Assembly: GCF_963921235.1 (NCBI RefSeq)
Contig: NC_086097.1
Span: 204,478,001 to 204,542,000 of the forward strand
Length of the DNA stretch: 64,000 nucleotides
Source: Mobula hypostoma
Taxonomy: Eukaryota
Reading direction: 5' to 3'
Shown here: piece by piece, positions 36,993-47,309 of the stretch
Position numbering within the stretch: the stretch's first letter is position 1
Layout: each line of letters opens with the position of its first letter
The notes under the pieces: generated by a model
Databases searched by the model: none
Told to the model about the DNA's origin: nothing
Seen by the model: the letters and a program-made list of their open reading frames with translations, nothing else
Translations under genes and position numbers: made by a program

Positions 36993-38591
36993 CACAGGTT
37001 TTTCAGTACTTTCAAGGCACTGCCCAAGCATCTAAGACCAATCACAGTCAGAGCCAAGTACAGGTTAATTTATTGGAGATGTAAAGGCAGCCAGGACTCT
37101 CTGAGAGGAATCCTTCAAAGAACTGAAACCTGACACAGGGTTCATCGCGTATTGTTGAGAGCAGCCGATCTAAAACTCTAGAGAGGAACAGGCAATCCAT
37201 TTTCAATTAGCCAGAAACTGCTCTGAGATTGTGCCAGGCTCCATCCATATAGCTGTATTTTCTGAATGCCACTCCCTAGTTTAATTGAGTCCAGTGGGAA
37301 TGGAGTGGAAAAGTCTACAAAGAAAAACAGTTTCGCATAGCCCTTGTCACCATTCAGCCACAACTAGAGGTTGAAGGTAAATGTTGCTTAATCAAGCCAA
37401 GAAACAAACAATTTTCAAGAGGAAACAAAGCTCATATTCTTTATAACATTGCAATGTCTTGATCAACTTCACTCTAAAGAAATTCTCTCCATTAATGGCA
37501 AAATTTCCTTTGTTATAAGCATGATTAAAAAACTTCTGTCAGAGTTTATTAGCCTGTTCATAATGGATTTTCTCAAGATAGTTATTTGGTGCAACAATCT
37601 GAAGGTTCTTTATCAATGGTGTTTCGTTGGGAGGTTGTTAGTTGGGCTATTTACAAAATTCAAACTTCCCCAGTAATAAAACACTGCAAGATTTAAGGCA
37701 CTACCTCGAATTGATTTCAGAGGAAAAATTTAATCAGCAGCTGCTGTAATTTAACAGTGTCTTTATTGCTAAGTTCCTTGCCAATTATGGTATTATACAG
37801 AAGGCAGCAAGACAGTTCTGATACAGGATCTTGACTCAAAAAGTAAATCACCCCTTCACCTCTGTAGGTGTTGCTCAATCCACTGAGTCCCTCCAGCAGA
37901 TTGCTTTCTTTTTGTGCAAGAAAGGAAAAACTTTGTAATTAGTTCAGAATAGTGATAATATGCCTTCTACTTTATTCATCAAAACTTTACGATATACAGT
38001 TGACATTGTTTAAAAACATGTGTAGTAATAGTTAATGTATTAAGAATATGAAAAACAGCCTGATAAAAGCTGATTGCTAGGATTATCAATTATACGACAG
38101 GAGGTTGTCCTATATGTGGAAAAAAAGAGATACTAAATTGTGAGTGGAAATAAGGAAGGCATGATTATATTTGTTGACCCAATGCAATTGCAACAGTAGA
38201 AAGATTGTGAATGGTTTTTTTTTTCTCTTGAGAGCAGCTTATTTCATGGATTGCTGAAACAGAATGTGAAGATGGTAGAATAGGGCATGACATTCAGACC
38301 AGGATGTCTGTACTGCACATAATGACAAACCAAACTCTGTCTCTTCTGCCAGTTAGTGATCTATTTCCCTCCATTTTCTGCATATTTACAAGTCTCTAAA
38401 AGACTCTTAAACATAACTTTGTATCTGTTTCAACTGCACATTTGGCAGGCTGTGCCAACATCTACCATTCTCTGTGTGAAAGAAAATTACCCTGCATATC
38501 TTCTTTAAACTTACTCATTCGTACATTTAATGCATGTCCTCTAGTACTTGATGTTTCTATCCTGGGGAAAATATTCTGACTGCTTACCATA

Positions 38592-39705
38592 CAGTGGCAT
38601 GCAAAATTTTGGGCACCCAGGTCAAAATTTCTGTTACTGTGAATAGCTAAGCGAGTAAAAGACGAACTGATTTCCAAAAGGCATACAGTTAAAGATGACA
38701 CATTTCTTTAATATCTTAAGCAAGAAAACTTTTTTATCCTGTTGTAGAAACCATCCTCTTTTCATCTTCGGGTTTTTACAGTCGGTGTGATGTTTGCTTC
38801 CAGAATTTGCTGGTATTTAATTGAATTCATTGTTTCTCTGCAGCCAAAAAGTTCTATTTAAAAGGTTCCAAGGAACATCTAAACAAGCCTAATGCATTTT
38901 GGAAACAAGTCCTGTGGACTGATGAAGTTAAAATAGAACTTTTTGGCTGCAATGAGCAAAGGTGAGTTTGGAGAGAAAAGGGTGCAGAATTTCATGAAAA
39001 GAACACCTCTCCAACTGTTAAGCATGGGAGTGTATCGATCATGCTTTGGGCTTGTGTTGCAGCCAGTGGCACAGGGAACATTTACTGGTAGAGGGAAGAA
39101 TGAATTCAATTAAATACCAGCAAATTCTGGAAGCAAACATCACACCGTCTGTAAAATAGCTGAAGATGAAAAGAGGATGGCTTGTACAACAGGATAATGA
39201 ACCTAAATACACCTTAAAATCCACAATGCACTACCTCAGGAGGTGCAAGCTGAAGGTTTTGCCATGGCCCTCACAGTCCCCTGACCTAAACATCATTGAG
39301 AATCTGTGGATAGACCTCAAAAGGGCAGTGCATGTAAAATGGCCCAAGAATCTCACAGAACTAGGAACCCTTTTTCAAGGAAGAATGGGCAAAAATCCCC
39401 CAAACAAGACTTGAAAGACTCTTAGTTGGCTACAAAAAGTGTTTACAATCTGTGATACTTGCCAAAGGGGGTGTTACTAAGTACTGCCATGCAGGGTGCC
39501 CAAACTTTTGTTCCCGGCCCTTTTACTTTTTTGTTATTTTGAAACTGTAAAAGATGGAAATAAAAAAGTTTTCTTGTTTAAAATACGAAAGAAATGTGTC
39601 ATCTTTAACTTTATACCTTTTGGAAATCAGTTCATCTTTTACTTGTTTAGCTATTCACAGTAACAGAAATTTTGACAGGGGTGCCTAAACTTTTGCATGC
39701 CACTG
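38592..39705 (+). mobile_element. Tc1 (DD34E) DNA transposon, internally deleted, inserted in a CR1 fragment
   Basis: TA-CAGTGGCATGCAAAA..TTTTGCATGCCACTG-TA; long TIRs; WTDEVK, QQDNEPK and WPSQSPDLNIIENLW motifs. Confidence 0.92.
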
Positions 39706-39840
39706 TATCTATGCCTCTCAGTTTTACTAACTTTCAGTGGCACTCCCTTCAGCCTCCAGCGCTCCAGAGAAAACAACCCAAACTCAAGATTCAAGTACAT
39801 TTATTATCAAAGAATGTATATGTGGTAAACCATATATATA

Positions 39841-42533
39841 TGTTGTAACTGGGTTACCTGTCTGGACATGCCTGGACATGCCCCTCTGCTGACTGCCCCT
39901 GTGTCTCCTCCCACAGAGCCCTGAATAAAGGTGATTTCGCCCTGCTCCTCCTCCTCAGTCCAGGGGCAGGCACTCAGCATGCTGGAAGTCATATTTTACT
40001 GCGAGTAAAAGCATCTCAGTATTTACCCTACTTCAGTCTTTTGGATTAATTGAAGGTGCACCAATTTTATTCGCATGAGACCTGACAAGTCAGACCTCGA
40101 CCCGCAAACACCTGAAGCTGGAAATGCTTTCGAACTCTGGCTGGCCTGCTTTGAAGCGTACCTAGAGGAGATTAAAGCGACCGTCCCCGTAGCGAAACGC
40201 AGAGTTCTGCTCTCCAGGGTCAGTCCACGGGTCCACTCGATGATCAGAGACCAGCTGAGCTATGATGGCACGATGAGCGTATTCAAAGGACAATACCTGC
40301 GGCCGATAAACACCATCTATGTGTGGCACTGATTAGCGACTCGGCACCAGCGGCCTGGGGAATCGAGTGCCGAGTTTGTCCAGACACTACAGATGCTTGT
40401 GCTGGACTGCGATTGCCAGGGGCTGACGGCAGGACAGCATGCAGAGCTCCTAGTGAGAGACGCCTTCGTCATGGGGACCAGGTCAGTGTACGTGCGCCAG
40501 TGGCTGTTGGAAAAAGCTGATCTTACCCTGAGTTCGGCGATCGAGCTGGCCGACACACTGGAAGCCGCTCTGCACAACTCTGAGGCTCTCCAGGCACGCA
40601 ATCCTCCGATGGCCTCGTGGGCGCCGCAGACCCCGCAACCTGCTGGCGAATTGACCTCAGCTGCCGCCAGTCACGAGTCCGCGAAGTGCTACTTCTGCGG
40701 CCTCGAGAAGCACCCCCGGAAATACTGCTTGGCCTGAGAAGCTACCTGCTCCAGCTGTGGAAAGAAGGGCCACTTCGCCAAGGTCTGTAAGTCCAAACCG
40801 CGAGCGGGATTGAGCAACGCCGTGTGCGAGACGTGGGGGTCACCATCTTGCCTGCTGCCATCTTCCCTGCACGCCGCCACCACGTGCGAGACATGGGGGT
40901 CGCCATCTTCCCTGCACGTCACCACCACGTGCGAGACATGGGGGTGGCCATCTTGGTCAGTGCCACCTCCCACCGCCTACGACCAACGGGTGCTCACGGG
41001 GCACCCCACTGCGCCAGACCAAGACAGCGACTCAACTCTGGCTTCCGTGACCCTTGACCAAAGCGCTCCCCACCAGCTTGCAAGGTCAATGATGGACATC
41101 CTGGTGGAGGGGCACAGGACAAGCTGCCTGTTTGACACAAGCAGCACGGAGAGTTTTATGCACCCGGACACGGTGCAGCATTGCGGACTCGTGATACGGC
41201 CGGTAAGTCAGAGGGTCGCCATGGCTTCCGGGTCGCATACAACAGACATCCGGGGGGGGGGTTTGTGTAGCGACACTAGTGGTGCAGGGCACAGAATATC
41301 GAGACTTTACATTACTGGTTATGCCTCAACTACGTGCCCCTGTGCTATTGGGGCTCGACTTCCAGAGCCACCTGAAAAGCGTGACAATGGAGTATGATGG
41401 GCCCCTCCCGCTGATTACTGTCGTAAATCCCCAGTTTTGTAGGAATACGTCACATACCCCACCACTGACCACCCACACACACCGACCCGTGCATCCCTCC
41501 CAACATCATGCCAACTGCCACACTACTGACACCACTTGCAGCCTCGCCACCCTCAGGATCCCTCCCCCACCGCTGTTCGCTAACCTAACCCCTGACTGTA
41601 AACCCGTGGCAACTAAAAGCAGGAGGTACAGCGCGGGGGACAGAGCTTTCATTAAGTCGGAGGTGCAGTGGCTGCTCAGGGAGGGGGTCATTGAGACAAG
41701 CACAAGTCCTTGGAGGGCGCAGGTGGTGGTTGTTCGGAACGGGGAGAAGAATAGGATGGTCGTGGACTATAGCCAGACCATCAATAGGTTCATGCAGCTC
41801 GACGTGTACCCTCTACCCCGCATCGCGGATATGGTCAATCAGATAGCACAGTACAAGGTGTACTTGACCATAGACCTAAATCCGCTTACCATCAGCTCCC
41901 CATCCGCCGGGAGGACCGCCCTTACACCGCCTTCGAGGCGGACAGCAGGCTTTATCAATTCCTGCGCGTCCCCTTCGGTGTCACGAATGGTGTATCTGTC
42001 TTCCAGAGGGCAATAGACCGGATGGTGGACCAGTGCCAAATGAAGGCCACGTTCCCATATCTGGATAACATCATCATCTGCGGTCACGACCGGCAAGATC
42101 ACAACAACAACCTCCAGAATTTTCTCCAAGCGGCCAAAGCTTTCAATCTCACCTATAACAAGGACAAGCGTGTGTTCGGGACCACCCGACTTGCTATCCT
42201 TGGGTGTGTTGAGGAGAATGGAGTCATTGGCCCTGACCCTGACCGTATGCGCCCCCTGTTGGAATTCCCTCTTCCCGACACCCTCAGAGCCCTCAAGAGG
42301 TGCCTGGGCTTCTTTTCATATTACGCTCAATGGGTCTCTAACTACGCAGACAAGGCCCTCCCCCGGTCAAGTCCACCACATTCCCCCTCTCAGCCGAGGC
42401 CTGCGCGGCCTTCAGCCGCATAAAAGAGAACATTGCCAAAGCAGCAATGCATGTGGTGGATGAGGCCATTCCCTTCCAAGTAGAGAGTGACGCCTCCAAC
42501 CAATAGTGGGGCAAAATTATAAATGATAAAATT
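39841..42533 (+). mobile_element. Gypsy LTR retrotransposon, 5' part (LTR ~39841-40062, gag, protease, RT, partial RNase H)
   Basis: Zinc knuckles CYFCGLEKHPRKYC and CSSCGKKGHFAKVC; protease LFDTSS and VLLGLDF; RT SPWRAQVVVV..RMVVDYSQTIN..YPLPRI, YLDN; stops and frameshifts; cut by a PLE. Confidence 0.88.
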
Positions 42534-43144
42534 CGCCAGAGAAAGCAGGATCTCCCAGTGGCCACACATTTTAATTCCACATCCCATTCCCATTCTGATT
42601 TCGGATAGACCATTCGGATAGACCACAGCCTCCTCTACTGTAAAGATGAAGCCACACTCAGGTTGAAGGAACAACACCTTATATTCCGTTTGGGTAGCCT
42701 CCAACCTGATGGCATGAACATTGACTTCTCTAACTTCCGCTAATGCCCCACCTCCCCCTCGTACCCCATCCGTTATTCATTTATATACACATATTCTTTC
42801 TCTCTCTCTCTCCTTTTTCTCCCTCTGTCCCTCTGACTATACCCCTTGACCATCCTCTGGGTTTTTCCCCCCTTCCTCCTTTTCCTTCTCCCTGGGCCTC
42901 CTGTCCCATGATCCTCTCATATCCCTTTTGCCTATCACCTGTCCAGCTCTTGACTCCATCCCTCCCCCTCCTGTCTTCTCCTATCATTTTGGATCTCCCT
43001 CTCCCCCTCCCACTTTCAAATCTCTTACTAGCTCTTCCTTCAGTTAGTCCTGACGAAGGGTCTCGGCCCGAAACGTCGACTGTACCTCTTCCTAGAGATG
43101 CTGCCTGGCCTGCTGCGTTCACCGGCAACTTTGATGTGTGTTGC
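42534..43144 (+). mobile_element. Young PLE 3' end and pLTR
   Basis: GIY-YIG end (DLPVATHFNSTSHSH..EEQHLIFRLGSLQPDGMNIDFSNFR*) followed by the pLTR. Confidence 0.9.
43045..43082 (+). ncRNA. Minimal type I hammerhead ribozyme (best-preserved copy; predicted cleavage after C43077)
   Basis: Stem I UAGUC (43045-49)/GACUG (43078-82); CUGACGA 43050-56; extra A; stem II GGG/CCC with UCUCGG loop; GAAA 43070-73; CGUC. Confidence 0.85.
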
Positions 43145-44280
43145 GTGAAATGGGAGAGATGTGTTTGAGGGCAGAGTTGATGCAGGAAGCAGCACCAATG
43201 CAGTCGTCGATGTTGTGAAGGAAAAGTGGGGACGGATACCAGTATAGGCTTGGAACATGGACTGTTCCACATAGCCAACAAAAAGGCAGGCATAACTGGG
43301 ACCCATACGGGTGCCCATGGCTACACCTTTAGTTTGAAGGAAGTGGGAGGAGCCAAAGGAGAAATTATTAAGAGCAAGAACTAATTCCACTAGAAGAAGG
43401 AGAGTGGAGGTAGAGGGGAACTGGTTGGGTCTAGAATCCAAAAAGAAATGGAAAGCTTTGAGACCTTCCTGGTGGGGGATGGAGGTATATAGGGACTGAA
43501 CAGCTAGGGTGAAAATAAGATGATGGGGGCCAGGGAACTTGAAATCATTGAAAAAAATTCAGAGCATGAGAAGCGTCACAAACAGAGATGGGAAGGGATT
43601 GAACAAGGGGGGATAAAACAGTGTCGAGGTATGCAGAAATGAGTCCGGTGGGGCAGGAGCAAGCTGAAACAATGGATCTACCTGGACAGCAGGTAGAAAC
43701 GGGAAGTGCAGGGTGTGGGAACCATGAGGTTGGTGGCAGTGGATGGGAGATCCCCAGAGCTGATAAGGTTAGTGATGGTGTTGGAGACAATGGCCTGGTG
43801 CTCCTTAGTGGGGTCATGTTCGAGGGGTAAATAAGAGGAGGTATCAGCGAGTTGTTGCTGTGCCTCGGCAAGGTAGAGGTCAGTACGCCAGACTACTACA
43901 GCACCCCCCTTTTCAGCGGGTTTCATGGTAAGGTTAGGATTGGTGTGGAGGGAGTGGAGAGCAGAGCGTTCAGAAGGAGTGAGGTTGGAATTGGAACAAG
44001 GTGTGGTGAAGTCAAGACGGTTGATGTCCTGTCGGCAGTTAGCAATAAAAAGATCCAGAGCAGGGTGTCCACGAAGAGGAGGAGGGTTGAAGACGGGAGA
44101 AAGGGTCATTGGTGGGGGTAGAAGTGTCCTTGCCAAAGAAGTAAGCTCGAAGATGGAGCCAGCGGAAGAAGAGTTCAGCATCATGGAGCACGCGGAACTC
44201 ACTGAGGTGTGGGCAAAGGGGGACAAAGCTGAGGCCCTTACTGAGGACAGAGTGCTCTGCCTCAAAGAGTGGAAGTTCTT
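43145..44280 (-). mobile_element. Neptune-type PLE N-terminal and RT fragment
   Basis: SNLTPSERSALHSLHTNPNLTMKPAEKGGAVVVW; GRSIVSACSCPT; LNNFSFGSSHFLQTKGVAMGTRMGPSYACLFVG. Confidence 0.88.
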
Positions 44281-47200
44281 ATAACTCATTGCTCTATCCT
44301 GGTAGCAATCTGGTAAACTTCTCCTGCATCCCTCCCAAAGCCTCATATTCTGTGGGAATACATTTTATTCTTGTTCTCATATATTTGGCTTGTGATTTAT
44401 GAATTCAGTAAGGATGAGTTTCAGTAATCCAAAACAGCCAAAACATAGGATTCTCCAGCACATCCAGTGTGTGTTGCTCAAGATTTCCATCATCTACAGA
44501 ATCTCTTGTGTTCCTAACATAGAGTCACCTGTATGTGGGAGCCTTTGTGATGAGTGCTTTAAGAACCTATAGGCAAGTTATATAACTTCTCATAAATATA
44601 TTCTGGAAGGAACTTTGTTGGAGATTAAGAATCTACTGATTCCTCAACACCATGGATGAGAAACTCCATTGGATCAATGTTGGCCTAAGTATATATAATT
44701 CTCCAAGATACACCAGAGCTGATAGCTTCCAAGCAGTGCCAAGTTGCCTACTGTGCTTAAATAATAAGAAGGACTAGAGCATTAACGTCTTTGGAAGGAA
44801 ACTAAGAAACAATTATGTCCAAATTGCACAGTTGCCCATGCTCAAAGGAATTTTAATTATTGCAGGATCTGAATTAAAGAATTGCCTGCTGAAAACACTA
44901 TTTTGTTAACAGATATTAGTAGATTAAGAATATCTACCACCTGAAAGAAAAGGTTGTGGCTCATAAATGCATGGATCTTTTAAAAAGTTTTGAAAATTGA
45001 GTCAATTTTCTGCAGATGTATTTTGGGGATGGGGCATGGTAAATGGTAAATGCCAGCAATGTCAAATTGACAAAGCATATTTAAATAAGTTTACTTAAGG
45101 CATAAAAAATCATGTTAATTATAATTCTTAGGAAAAGGAATGTCACTGAGGCTAAGCATCCATAAATGATATACTGTAACAGATTAAACAAACCAGGAGT
45201 ATGAGACTATTCTCCATTGCTCCAATTTACAGTATATAGATTATCTAATTGTAAATTTCCACAAACTTGCCACCATAAGACTCTAAGACACAGGAACAGA
45301 ATTAGGTCATTTGGCCCATTAATTCTGCTCCGTCATGGCTGATTTATTATCTCTCTCAACCCTATTCTCCTGCCTTCTCCCTGTAACCTTTGATGCCCAG
45401 ACTAATCAAGAACCTACCAACCTCTGCATTAAGTATATTGAATGATTTGGCATCTACAAATTCAATGCACAATCAAAATTGTCTCCTGGGGGAATCGACT
45501 GCAGTTTCCCTCTCCACCCTCAAGTAGGGTTCAAGCCACTTTCTTTGACAGAATTCAAACAAAACTACAAAATATTTCAACAAAACCACCTCAAAGTTAG
45601 ATCAGGGACCAGTTTGGAGTTGATTCAGGATGCACATTTTCATAAAGAAATGCTGGCAATTTACAATCTTTCCCCATAAAGCTATGAACAGTGGTCAGAT
45701 ATAATATAGTTATAATAGTTGAGCAATTGGCTCTTTATCTCATCTATCAAAAATCTCCTTTATGGCAATAAGTAGTTGAGAGGAAGGAACAAGTTGGCAG
45801 GAACTCAATTTAACAATAAAAAAAATTCCTGTAAGCATTTTTTCACCCTAAGATTCGATTAAAATCTTATTATTACTGATCCTGGTGGGTTTTATGTAAC
45901 TGATATAACTGATCAAATTGTTTGAAGGCAATCATAAAGAAATTGCGACGTTTAAATATCAGCTAAAAGTTAAACTTTTATTTGAAGTATGGTGATTAGT
46001 GAAGAATATCTTTCTCTATCATAATAAAAGCAGTTTTTTTCTGGTGTCTAAGAGATAACAGATTCTGTTTGCAAATTAGCACAATATTCATTTACAAAGC
46101 AAATGAATGCATAATTGTTTATGCAGCATTCATTTTCTTACACAGCAACACACAAGATGCTCAAAGATTTTGACAGATCTGGCAACATCTGTGAAAGTGA
46201 TGTTTGAGGTTGAGACCCATCATCTGGCTGAAAGACAGAGGGGAGATAGCCAATATAAAAAGGTGAAGGGAAGTAGTAGAGCAAGAGGTAGCAGGTGGTT
46301 GGTAGATCCAGGTGAGGAAGAATAATAGACAAATGGCACTGGGGAGAGTCTAAAATAGTACCTAAAACAAGTTCAAGTTGGATATTCCTTGATAATTAAC
46401 ATTCCGTGGAATGACTTGAAATAATTTAATTAACACCTCTCAAACTGGGAATTTTAGATTATTTCCAGAGAATGAGCCTGCTTCTTTTTATTTGGATTTG
46501 GGGATTAGTATTTGCAATCATCATGCTTCTGGAACCATGTCCTTTTCTGATAAGGATTGCGTGAAGACCTCTTCCATTTTCACTCTTGCTTATAAAAACA
46601 ATCTAAGATGGCGCTCATTCTGCTGTATGAGGTTTTGACTTTTAAAGACTGCTAAACTTTTAAGAACCTCTTTATAATTTGGTCCCACCTAATTTTTCAG
46701 CTGCCTTAATCCTCTCTACTTAAGGCAGCTGCGTACACTGAGTAGAATGGGAGAATTGCATTACTCTTATATTCTGTGTGAATTATATAATACCTGAGAA
46801 ATACATCTCAACAATCAATAAATCTTTATACTATTTTAAACTAAAGATATTCCAAAAATTATATTCCATTTTAGTTATTTCATTTTTTGTATGTTATTAA
46901 CATTTGAAGAGGTCTGGTAATGTTCTTTATTTTTGTGGTAATTTGTGTAGTTAACTAATTTTTGTTTGAAGGACAATAGTAATTATTCTAACCACAGATA
47001 TAGATATCATCTAGCCTTAATAAAAAAATCAGATTATTTTTGTTCTGTGGAATTAAAGTAGCATGTGCTGGATAAATGAAGGATGAAAAAAAACTCAATT
47101 CATGTGGGATTTGCAAGAAGAATTTCAGAGATATTTAAATGATGATGTAGATAGAAATCACTGCCTGAGGTGAGAATGTTATGAACAATTTCCCTTTACA

Positions 47201-47309
47201 GAAGTGAAGCTGCAAATCCTTTTGCCTATTGCTCTTATTTATACATAACAAATCTTGAATCAGATTTTTAAAGAAATCTCATAATTTCATTGTCCTTCTT
47301 GAAATAAAA

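Noticed and set aside
40823..40955. CRISPR-like repeat-spacer array
   Set aside because: Eukaryotic context, the spacers are themselves repeated, and the array is in-frame retrotransposon coding sequence.
41252..41261. G10 run at a Gypsy pol frameshift as a programmed slippery site
   Set aside because: It falls inside the protease domain; homopolymer slippage or an assembly error is more likely.
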